DNA of 64,000 bases, from contig JAZQIE010000072.1 in assembly GCA_045540975.1 (NCBI GenBank), positions 6,158-70,157 on the forward strand, given 5' to 3'. Shown here piece by piece: positions 54,702 through 62,762 of this stretch. Position 1 is the first letter of the stretch. Each line of letters starts with the position of its first letter. The DNA is from Eubacteriales bacterium (GTDB lineage: Bacteria; Bacillota; Clostridia; Oscillospirales; JAAYXM01). The translations under genes and the position numbers were made by a program. Below the pieces are notes generated by a model. It searched no databases, was not told the origin of the DNA, and was given only the letters and a program-made list of their open reading frames with translations.

Positions 54702-56183
54702 ATGAAAATCGGATTCGATAACGAAATGTACTTTGCGCTTCAAACCAAGAGAATTCGCGAGCGTGTGGATTCGTTTGGCGGCAAGCTCTATTTGGAGTTC
54801 GGCGGCAAGCTGTTTGACGATTTTCATGCATCCCGTGTCCTCCCCGGCTTCCAGCCGGACAGCAAAATGCAAATGCTGCTCAAAATGAAGGACGAAGCGG
54901 AGATTGTCATTACAATCAATGCCAACGACATTGAGAAAAACAAAGTCCGCGGCGACCTCGGTATCACCTATGACCAGGACGTCATGCGCCTCATCGATGC
55001 CTTCGGTGAATACGGTCTCTATGTGGGCAGCGTGGTGCTCACCCGATTCGCGGGGCAGCCCTCCGCCGAAAAATTCGAGCGCAACCTCCAAAGTTTCGGC
55101 ATCAAAACCTATCGTCACTATTCCATTCCCGAATACCCCACCAATATCCCGCTCATCGTGAGTGAGCAGGGCTTCGGGAAAAATGATTATATCAAAACCG
55201 AGCGCCCCATCGTGGTCATCACCGCACCGGGTCCGGGCAGCGGCAAGATGGCAACCTGCTTAAGCCAGCTCTATCATGAGCATGAGCGCGGTGTGAAGGC
55301 GGGGTATGCAAAATTCGAAACCTTCCCGATTTGGAATCTGCCCTTAAAACACCCGGTCAACCTCGCGTATGAGGCGGCAACCATCGACCTTGATGACCTC
55401 AATATGATTGACCCCTTCCATTTGGAGGCGCACGGGGAAACCACCGTCAACTACAACCGTGACGTGGAAATTTTCCCGGTTTTGGAAGCGATTTTCCGCC
55501 GTATCAACGGGGAATGCTGCTATAAAAGTCCGACCGACATGGGCGTCAACATGGCGGGCTATGCCATCATTGACGACGATGTCTGCTGCGAAGCCTCCAA
55601 GCAGGAAATCATCCGCCGTTTCTATGAAACCCAGTGTGCGGTGCGCAAGGGCAATTCCGAGCAATCCAAGGTGCATAAACTGGAGATGCTCATGAGCTCG
55701 CTCAATTTGGATTGCTCCGCGCGCAAAACCGTCCCTGCGGCACTCACCGCCGCCGCGGTCACGGGCGGACCTGCCGCCGCAATCGAGCTTGGTGACGGTA
55801 CCGTGCTCACAGGCAAAACCTCGGACCTTTTGGGTGCAACCAGCGCGGCGCTTCTCAATGCGCTGAAATATCTTGCGGGGATTGACGATTCGGTCGACCT
55901 TGTAAGTCCCACCGCGCTTGCCCCGATTCAAGACCTCAAAACCAAGCATCTGGGCAACCACAATCCGCGCCTGCATACCGATGAAGTGCTCATCGCACTC
56001 GCCATCAGCGCGGTCACAAGCGAAAACGCGAAGAAGGCACTCGATCAGCTGGATCACTTGGCAGGCTGTCAGGTTCATTCCTCGGTCATTCTGTCCACGG
56101 TGGATGAAAACGTGCTCAAAAAACTCGGTGTTCAGCTCACCTGCGAGCCGGTCTACCAAAACCGCAGACTCTATCACAAGTAA
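54702..56183 (+). CDS. DUF1846 / UPF0371 family protein (function unknown)
   Basis: KIGFDNEMYFALQTKRIRERV...KLYLEFGGKLFDDFHASRVLPGF and ITAPGPGSGKMATCLSQLYHE are present. The protein is 493 aa and the family is conserved in Firmicutes. Confidence 0.75.
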   Translation: MKIGFDNEMYFALQTKRIRERVDSFGGKLYLEFGGKLFDDFHASRVLPGFQPDSKMQMLLKMKDEAEIVITINANDIEKNKVRGDLGITYDQDVMRLIDAFGEYGLYVGSVVLTRFAGQPSAEKFERNLQSFGIKTYRHYSIPEYPTNIPLIVSEQGFGKNDYIKTERPIVVITAPGPGSGKMATCLSQLYHEHERGVKAGYAKFETFPIWNLPLKHPVNLAYEAATIDLDDLNMIDPFHLEAHGETTVNYNRDVEIFPVLEAIFRRINGECCYKSPTDMGVNMAGYAIIDDDVCCEASKQEIIRRFYETQCAVRKGNSEQSKVHKLEMLMSSLNLDCSARKTVPAALTAAAVTGGPAAAIELGDGTVLTGKTSDLLGATSAALLNALKYLAGIDDSVDLVSPTALAPIQDLKTKHLGNHNPRLHTDEVLIALAISAVTSENAKKALDQLDHLAGCQVHSSVILSTVDENVLKKLGVQLTCEPVYQNRRLYHK

Positions 56184-56192
56184 GATTGCAAC

Positions 56193-56223
56193 AAAAAAAC
56201 GCTGTGAAACACAGCGTTTTTTT
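56193..56223. terminator. Bidirectional terminator
   Basis: AAAAAAACGCTGTG-aaa-CACAGCGTTTTTTT. Confidence 0.9.
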
Positions 56224-56903
56224 CATGATTCAAACCATTTTCGCCAGGAGAAGGAATCTTCAAACACAAAGTACCGCTCAAACACGCGCGAAAACAGACC
56301 GATACAAGGCCCGTTGACCGCCGCGCAGAAAACCGTGCCGAATTTAATCCCCTCAAAATGCCCGAAGCCGAAAAACACAAACGAGAGCGCAATCGAAAAC
56401 AGACACGAGAGAAGGTCATAGGCGGTTTTGCAATAGTTGATGTTTACTCCGGTCTTCGCGGAAACCTCTTTTACAAAAAGCTCATACACCTCGGGGGAGA
56501 GATAGGTGTGAAACAAAAGTGAGATTCCGCAGGTGGCAAACAGCAGCCCCACCGTGTACAGCGCAACCTTCACGCCGATATGCACAAGCGGAATCAAGTC
56601 AATCAAGACCGTTGCGCCATCCAAAAGGAGTCCGTAAATCACCGCGGTGACAAATGACATCAGATACGAGAATTTGAATTTCCGCATCACAAGAATCAAA
56701 AAAAGAAGGAGTCCCGCCTGCACAACATATTCCGCCACCCCGAAGGTGAAAAACGGGAAGACGGGCGCGAGCTTCAAATGCAAGAGATATGCGGGCGCAA
56801 CAATCATTGAAACCCCAAAATCCGAACGCGCCATCATCGCAACCCCGACCGCGAGAATGACAAGGCCGCACGCATAGGCAAGCTCGCTGGAAAACCGTTT
56901 CAT
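56223..56903 (-). CDS. Multi-pass membrane protein (YczE/DUF6198-like), divergent from marR
   Basis: A 226-aa protein starting at ATG 56903 (MKRFSSELAYACGLVILAVGVAMMARSDFGVS). The family call is tentative. Confidence 0.5.
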   Translation of the reverse strand: MKRFSSELAYACGLVILAVGVAMMARSDFGVSMIVAPAYLLHLKLAPVFPFFTFGVAEYVVQAGLLLFLILVMRKFKFSYLMSFVTAVIYGLLLDGATVLIDLIPLVHIGVKVALYTVGLLFATCGISLLFHTYLSPEVYELFVKEVSAKTGVNINYCKTAYDLLSCLFSIALSFVFFGFGHFEGIKFGTVFCAAVNGPCIGLFSRVFERYFVFEDSFSWRKWFES

Positions 56904-56973
56904 AAGCCCCTCCAAAATCACAGAATCCCTATCATTATACATGGTTGCGGCAAGCCTCGTCAACCCAATAAGA

Positions 56974-57028
56974 TGTTGACAAATCAACAAATTTCTGATA
57001 GGATACAACTTGTTGACAAATCAACAAG
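56974..57028. promoter_or_regulatory. marR promoter with a duplicated 17-nt palindromic operator
   Basis: TGTTGACAAATCAACAA occurs twice (56974-56990 and 57011-57027). The second copy extends to the perfect palindrome CTTGTTGA-caaa-TCAACAAG. TTGACA (56976-56981), 17 nt and TAGGAT (56999-57004) lie between and overlap them. Confidence 0.65.
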
Positions 57029-57042
57029 TAAGGAGGCTTCTC

Positions 57043-57507
57043 ATGGTCGATCGATTTGAACGGTTTTCCGCCGCCATCACCGAAATCAATCGGTACTGGC
57101 ACAAAATTGCATCGGATGAAATGAAACGATATGGGCTCAAGGGTCCGTTTGCACTGTATCTTGTCGCGCTTTATCGCAACCCGACGGGGCTGACCGCAAC
57201 ACAACTGTGCGAAGCGTGTGACCGCAATAAGGCGGATGTCTCGCGCGCGGTGCAAACCCTGGAGGAAAAGGGGCTTTTGTGCCGTGAAAAAAAGAACAAC
57301 AACGGCTACCGCGCAAAGATTCTACTCACAGACGAGGGGAAAACAGCGGCAGCGCACGTGCGCGAAGCGGCGGAAACCGCGGTGGAAATCGGCGGACACG
57401 GTCTCAGTGAAGAAGAGCGCGCAACTTTTTATCGTGCGCTGGAAGTGATTTCGGGAAACCTGCAAGGCATCAGCAAGGCGGGTCTTCCGCGTGAAGAAAG
57501 GGGATAG
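57043..57507 (+). CDS. MarR family transcriptional regulator
   Basis: A winged-HTH region LTATQLCEACDRNKADVSRAVQTLEEKGLLCRE is present. The start is at ATG 57043, after AAGGAGG. Confidence 0.85.
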   Translation: MVDRFERFSAAITEINRYWHKIASDEMKRYGLKGPFALYLVALYRNPTGLTATQLCEACDRNKADVSRAVQTLEEKGLLCREKKNNNGYRAKILLTDEGKTAAAHVREAAETAVEIGGHGLSEEERATFYRALEVISGNLQGISKAGLPREERG

Positions 57508-57509
57508 GA

Positions 57510-58352
57510 ATGATTCGAATCATCGTGGATTCCACAACCGATATGACCCCCGAGGTGCGTGAGCGCGTCACGGTCGTGCCGCTATCAATTCGGTTTGGAG
57601 AGGAGGAATACCGTGACGGGGTGAGCATTACCCGTCAGGAGTTTTATGAAAAACTGGTTGAGTGTGATGATCTTCCCACCACAAGTCAAGCAACCCCCGA
57701 GCAGTTTTTGAGCATCTTTGAGGAAACCTTGAAGGCAGAAGATGAGGCAATTGTCATCACGCTCTCCTCCAAACTTTCGGGGACATGTCAAAGCGCAAAG
57801 ATTGCGGCGGAGGAGTACGGAGGACGAGTCTCTGTGATTGACAGCGAAACCGTTACCATCGGTGCGGGAATTTTGGTTTCCCGTGCGCTGGAATTTCTGG
57901 ATGCGGGACTCACCGCAAAGGAAATCGTCGCACGCCTGGAGGAAGAAAAGCAGCACATCCGCATTGTGGCGCTGCTGGATACTCTGGAATATCTAAAACG
58001 CGGCGGCCGCATCTCCAAAACCGTTGCGTTTGCAGGCGGTATCCTTGCCATCAAGCCGGTGGTGAGCGTGGAGTCGGGCGAAATCAAACTGCTTGGAAAA
58101 GCGCGCGGCTCCAAGCAGGGCAACAACCTGCTTGCGGAGGAAATCCAAAAAAGCGGCGGTGTGGATTTCACACGTCCGCTCCTGCTCGGTTATACCGGCG
58201 TGTGTACCGAACTGCTTGAAACATATATTGCTGACAGCACCGCGCTTTGGGAAGGCAACACCGAATCCTTGCGGTATGAAATCATCGGCAGTACGGTCGG
58301 CACCCATGTGGGCCCCGGTGCAATCGCAGTCGCATTTTTCGGAAAGGAATAA
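57510..58352 (+). CDS. DegV family fatty-acid-binding protein
   Basis: IRIIVDSTTDMTPE, PTTSQATPEQF, LSSKLSGTCQSA and GTHVGPGAIAVAFF are present. Confidence 0.88.
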   Translation: MIRIIVDSTTDMTPEVRERVTVVPLSIRFGEEEYRDGVSITRQEFYEKLVECDDLPTTSQATPEQFLSIFEETLKAEDEAIVITLSSKLSGTCQSAKIAAEEYGGRVSVIDSETVTIGAGILVSRALEFLDAGLTAKEIVARLEEEKQHIRIVALLDTLEYLKRGGRISKTVAFAGGILAIKPVVSVESGEIKLLGKARGSKQGNNLLAEEIQKSGGVDFTRPLLLGYTGVCTELLETYIADSTALWEGNTESLRYEIIGSTVGTHVGPGAIAVAFFGKE

Positions 58353-58420
58353 GAACCCGACCCGTCACGCAATCAAAGATTGCGGTCGGGTACCCCGGAA
58401 CCTTGTTGTTTCACAATAAT

Positions 58421-58455
58421 AAAAGAGAGCATCCGCCTGAGGATGCTCTCTTTTT
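58421..58455. terminator. Bidirectional terminator (degV / MATE)
   Basis: AAAAGAGAGCATCC-gcctga-GGATGCTCTCTTTTT. Confidence 0.9.
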
Positions 58456-59862
58456 CTATTCAACCGATTGATCTGCAAAGGCTGCCGCATTTGCCGCGCG
58501 CTTGCGCCAAGCACCGCGGCGGAAGACAATGTAGGAAATCAGCGCGCCCATGCTCCACGAAACGAGAAGCGAGGTAAAGGGGGCCGCGGGGTGTCCGTTT
58601 ACAAAGTCGGGCGAGCGAGTGAGATATGCAAGCCCGTACGCCACCGGAATACGAAGCAGCACCGTGGTAATCAAGGTAATCCACATCGGCGTGACCGTAT
58701 CACCCGCACCGCGCATGATTCCGCCGAGTACCTGTGTCACCGCGATACAGAGATATCCGAATGCCAGAATCCGCATCATGCGTACCGCGAGGTCCATGAG
58801 CGCAGGCGTGTCGGTAAAGAGGTCAAAGAGGAAGTGCCCGAAGAAGAGCAAAATCACGGTGATGACCGCCGAAGTACCCACCGCCATGGCAAGTCCCTGT
58901 TTGAGTCCGCGGTCCACGCGGTCCATACGGTTTGCACCCACGTTCTGACCCGTGTACACACTCATTGCCTGCCCGAAGGTCATATTCGGCATCATTGCAA
59001 AGCCGTCCACACGCATAATCATCACGTTGCACGCCATGACCATCTCACCCATACTGTTGGTGAGCGACTGTACCACCAGCATCGCGATTGACATAATGCC
59101 CTGGGTGAGTCCCGAGGGAATGCCCAGATTGATGATGCGCATGGTGATGTCTTTTTGCAGACGGAGATTGGGCCAAGTCATATCAAACACATCGCGCATT
59201 TTAAGGAGCTTGATAAAGCACAAAATCGCGGAGATAAACTGCGCAATAATGGTTGCAAGCGCAACACCCGGAACACCCATGCCAAATCCCGCGACAAACC
59301 AAACGTCGAGTACAATGTTCAACACGGTCGCAACCAAAAGGAAGGCAAGCGCGGAGAACGAGTCACCCATACCGCGCAGAATTCCCGAGAGAATATTATA
59401 GAAGGTGAAGCCTGCCGCACCGAGGAAGAAAACAATCAGATACTCGGCGCACCAGTCGATGATGGAAGCGGGCGTGCCGAGTAAGTTCAGCAGCGGCCGT
59501 GCCAAAAGTGTTCCCACCACCATGACAAAAATCGATGCAATCGCGGAAAGGGTGATGCAGTTTCCGATTGAGCGGGAGAGACCGTCGCGGTTTTCCGCAC
59601 CATAGTACTGGGAAATCACAATCCCCGCACCCGTCGAAAGCCCGACAAACAGGGCAAGCAGAAGGTTGATAATCGGCATCGAGGTACCAACCGCGGCAAG
59701 CGCGTTGTCGCCCACATATTTTCCGACCACAATCGAGTCCACCGTGTTGTACAGTTGCTGTGCGAGGTTTCCGATGAGCATTGGCACGGCAAATTCCGCA
59801 ATCCGTTTCCATGGCGCGCCTTCTGTCATATCGCGCGCCGAAAAAAGTTCTTTCAGTCGCAT
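58456..59862 (-). CDS. MATE family efflux transporter
   Basis: A 468-aa, 12-TM protein. The N-terminus is PWKRIAEFAVPMLIGNLAQQLYNTVDSIVVGKYVG. Confidence 0.88.
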   Translation of the reverse strand: MRLKELFSARDMTEGAPWKRIAEFAVPMLIGNLAQQLYNTVDSIVVGKYVGDNALAAVGTSMPIINLLLALFVGLSTGAGIVISQYYGAENRDGLSRSIGNCITLSAIASIFVMVVGTLLARPLLNLLGTPASIIDWCAEYLIVFFLGAAGFTFYNILSGILRGMGDSFSALAFLLVATVLNIVLDVWFVAGFGMGVPGVALATIIAQFISAILCFIKLLKMRDVFDMTWPNLRLQKDITMRIINLGIPSGLTQGIMSIAMLVVQSLTNSMGEMVMACNVMIMRVDGFAMMPNMTFGQAMSVYTGQNVGANRMDRVDRGLKQGLAMAVGTSAVITVILLFFGHFLFDLFTDTPALMDLAVRMMRILAFGYLCIAVTQVLGGIMRGAGDTVTPMWITLITTVLLRIPVAYGLAYLTRSPDFVNGHPAAPFTSLLVSWSMGALISYIVFRRGAWRKRAANAAAFADQSVE

Positions 59863-59925
59863 AAAAGTCTCCTTCGTTTTTGGAATATCTTTTTAATTAT
59901 AACACAGATTGTTTCAAAACGGAAC

Positions 59926-59952
59926 ACCTCAAATGTTCTTTTGCATATCCTA
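59926..59952 (+). promoter_or_regulatory. Possible sigma-K-type (late mother-cell) promoter
   Basis: AC (59926-59927), 16 nt, then CATAtccTA (59944-59952). This fits the B. subtilis sigma-K consensus AC-N16/17-CATAnnnTA. It lies 43 nt upstream of the DUF11 ATG. The motif is short and degenerate. Confidence 0.3.
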
Positions 59953-59994
59953 TACCGAGGGGAATACCTCATCACTTTTTTTGGAGGGACAAGA

Positions 59995-60846
59995 ATGGCG
60001 ACTTTTGTAAACTATGCCACTCTTTCTTATGACGGCGGCAGCACTGTGTCCAATACGGTCACGGGCGAAATTTTAGACACCCTTGCGGTGACCAAAACCG
60101 CGGTCATTGACGAGTACACCCAAGACGGCAGTGTCACCTATGTGGTGACCTTGGTTAACAGCGGCACCGCGCCGCTTACCAATCTCACCCTGACCGATGA
60201 CCTCGGCGGTTATCCGTTTGATGCATCGACCGTATATCCGCTTGCACTCATTCCGAATTCGGTGCGCTACTACGTTGGCGGCGTACTGCAGCCCGACCCC
60301 ACCGTGGTGGCGGGGCCGCCGATGACCGTGACGGGCATCAGCGTTCCTGCGGGCGGCAATGCAACCTTAATTTATCAAACCGACGTGACCGCGTTTGCAC
60401 CTGTGCAGAGTGCATCCGAAATTACAAACACGGTCTCGGTCACGGGCGGAGGACTCGCAGATGCGGTCACCGCATCCGAAACCGTCACCGCGCGTGAAGG
60501 CACCGCACTCACCATTACCAAAACCCTTTCTCCGTCGGTGGTCTCCGCAAACGGGGAAATCACGTATACCTTCGTGATTGAAAACACGGGCAATACCCCT
60601 GCGGATGCAACCGACAATTTGGTGGTCACCGACGTGTTCGACCCGATTCTGTCCAACCTCACCGTTACCTACAACGGCGGCGTATGGACTTTGGGTACCG
60701 ACTACACCTACGATGCGGCAACCGGCACCTTTACCACCACAGCCGGGCAGATTACCGTACCTGCCGCAACCTACACCCAAAACGCGGACGGAAGCTACAC
60801 CACCGCGCCCGGTATTGCGGTCATCACGGTCACAGGCACCGTATAA
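59995..60846 (+). CDS. DUF11 ('conserved repeat domain') protein, two beta-sandwich repeats, no signal peptide
   Basis: The two DUF11-like units are LAVTKTAVIDEYTQDGSVTYVVTLVNSGTAPLTNLTLTDDLG and LTITKTLSPSVVSANGEITYTFVIENTGNTPADATDNLVVTDVFD. The N-terminus MATFVNYATLSYDGG is not hydrophobic. GGAGGG lies 7 nt before the ATG. Confidence 0.7.
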   Translation: MATFVNYATLSYDGGSTVSNTVTGEILDTLAVTKTAVIDEYTQDGSVTYVVTLVNSGTAPLTNLTLTDDLGGYPFDASTVYPLALIPNSVRYYVGGVLQPDPTVVAGPPMTVTGISVPAGGNATLIYQTDVTAFAPVQSASEITNTVSVTGGGLADAVTASETVTAREGTALTITKTLSPSVVSANGEITYTFVIENTGNTPADATDNLVVTDVFDPILSNLTVTYNGGVWTLGTDYTYDAATGTFTTTAGQITVPAATYTQNADGSYTTAPGIAVITVTGTV

Positions 60847-60902
60847 CAAGCGCTCTTGTTTTCTTTGGCGGGGGATGTTATACTCAATAAGAGGTGAAAC
60901 AA

Positions 60903-61829
60903 ATGAATTTTGTAAAATCCGCGATTTTCGGACACGCCGTGGCAGATGCCCTCGGTGTACCTGCCGAGTTCAAAACCCGCGAGGAGTTAAAGCGAAACCC
61001 GATTACCGATATGGTGGGATATGGGGCATACCCGGTGCCGAAAGGCTCATGGTCGGACGATGCCACCATGATGCTCTGCACCTTGAAAAGCCTTGCGGTG
61101 CATGGCGAGGTTGTTTTGGAGGATATCATGTCGCGCTTTGTCCGTTGGGTGGGGGAAGGATATATGACCCCACACGGCGAGCTTTTTGATATCGGCCGCA
61201 CCTGCCTTGTCGCCATCCGCAGATTTGCAAGCGGCTATTCCGTCAAAGAATGCGGTTGTGACGGGCATTTCGATAACGGAAACGGCTCGCTCATGCGCAT
61301 CATCCCCATCTCGCTCTATCACCATATCAAAGGAATCTCGGGCGAGGCTGCAATCGATGAGATTTTCGCGGTGAGTGCGCTCACCCATGCCCATGAGCGC
61401 GCTTGTGTTGCTTGTGGGATTTACGATACCGTCTTGCGCGAGCTCATCGCCGCCCCGTGCCGTGAGTCTGTTTTCTCCGGACTCAAAAAAGCAGAAGCGC
61501 GGTTTGAAGGCTTTTCCGAGCTTGACACCTACCATCGCATTTTTGCGGAAGCCTTTGCGGAAACCGCGGAGGAGGAAATCAACAGCAGCGGATATGTGGT
61601 GGATACCTTGGAAGCCGCGCTTTGGTGCCTTCTCACCACCGAGAATTACCGCGACTGTGTGCTCAAAGCGGTAAACTTAGGCCGCGATACCGATACCACC
61701 GCCGCGGTTGCGGGCGGTCTTGCGGGCGTGCTGTACGGCTTTGATGCCATCCCGCGCGAGTGGGTAGAAGCCCTTGCTAAGACCGACGAAATCTCTGCCA
61801 TGTGCGGCGCTTTCGTGCAAAAACTGTAA
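60903..61829 (+). CDS. ADP-ribosylglycohydrolase (ARH/DraG) family protein
   Basis: IFGHAVADALGVPAEFKTREEL, GSWSDDATMMLC, GNGSLMRI and GRDTDTTAAVAGGLAGVLYG (the di-metal-site Asp/Thr cluster) are present. Confidence 0.85.
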   Translation: MNFVKSAIFGHAVADALGVPAEFKTREELKRNPITDMVGYGAYPVPKGSWSDDATMMLCTLKSLAVHGEVVLEDIMSRFVRWVGEGYMTPHGELFDIGRTCLVAIRRFASGYSVKECGCDGHFDNGNGSLMRIIPISLYHHIKGISGEAAIDEIFAVSALTHAHERACVACGIYDTVLRELIAAPCRESVFSGLKKAEARFEGFSELDTYHRIFAEAFAETAEEEINSSGYVVDTLEAALWCLLTTENYRDCVLKAVNLGRDTDTTAAVAGGLAGVLYGFDAIPREWVEALAKTDEISAMCGAFVQKL

Positions 61830-61830
61830 A

Positions 61831-61870
61831 AAAAGAGGAGTGATTCCCGTCACTCCTCTTTGTATTTTTT
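61831..61870. terminator. Bidirectional terminator
   Basis: AAAGAGGAGTGA-ttcccg-TCACTCCTCTTT followed by a T-run. It overlaps the last codons of the convergent AraC gene. Confidence 0.85.
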
Positions 61871-62641
61871 TCGGAACTCGGATGGGGTACATCCGTTTAA
61901 CCGCTTAAACGTGCGGCTGAAATTACTGCTGTCGGAAAAACCGCACGCCTCCACAATCTGCCCCACCGCAAACTCGCTTTCCGCCAGCATCTGCTTGGCA
62001 TTCGCCATACGGCAGGATTGCAGATATTCCATCACCGAAACCCCGGTCGCCGCTTGAAACCGATGGGAAAGCGCGGAGATGCTGATGTTATACTCCCTTG
62101 CCAGGTCTGAGAGCGAAAACCCTTCGTTGTAGCGGGTTTCAAACTGCCGCTTGATGTCAGACACCAACTCATCGTGCAGACGGTCAAACCGCAAATCTGT
62201 GCAGCGGTAAATGGTAATCAAAAGCTGCTTGAACAGAAGAAGCTCCATCTCGTCTGCAAGTGCGCACGTGCTTTCGTGCTCGTGAATTAAATGCGAAAAC
62301 AAAACCGCAAGCGCATCTGTGTCTTGCGAAACATGAATCACGTTGCAAAACCCAATCGGGCGGTCGGTCAGCAGGGAATACACGGGATTTTTCCGACTCA
62401 CAACCGCAGGGTCAACGTGCAAAACATAGCGCTTGTATGTTTCGGATTGCACCCGAATCGAATGATTCTCATAACGGCTGAAGATGGCAATATCCCCATC
62501 TTTTGCACCAATCTCGGTGCCGTTGACACAAACGTCCACCACACCCTCGACAATCAAAACAATTTGATGACAGTCATGAAAATGCGGTGTTTTCAAAAGT
62601 TTTTCCTCGGAATAATAAGCGGTTTGTATCATCCGTTGCAT
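61850..62641 (-). CDS. AraC family transcriptional regulator
   Basis: An N-terminal cupin (HFHDCHQIVLIVEGVVDV) and an AraC HTH (VEACGFSDSSNFSRTFKRLNGCTPSEFRKKY) are present. The gene is divergent from the flavin oxidoreductase gene. Confidence 0.85.
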   Translation of the reverse strand: MQRMIQTAYYSEEKLLKTPHFHDCHQIVLIVEGVVDVCVNGTEIGAKDGDIAIFSRYENHSIRVQSETYKRYVLHVDPAVVSRKNPVYSLLTDRPIGFCNVIHVSQDTDALAVLFSHLIHEHESTCALADEMELLLFKQLLITIYRCTDLRFDRLHDELVSDIKRQFETRYNEGFSLSDLAREYNISISALSHRFQAATGVSVMEYLQSCRMANAKQMLAESEFAVGQIVEACGFSDSSNFSRTFKRLNGCTPSEFRKKYKEE

Positions 62642-62762
62642 ATTACCACCTCGGGTTTTATTATATCAAATTTTTCGAGTTTTGCAAGATTTACATAATA
62701 ATCAGCAAAAATGATATAGCATCCGCCTCACGCACCCTTTATAATGAAGGTATAAAGGAGAG

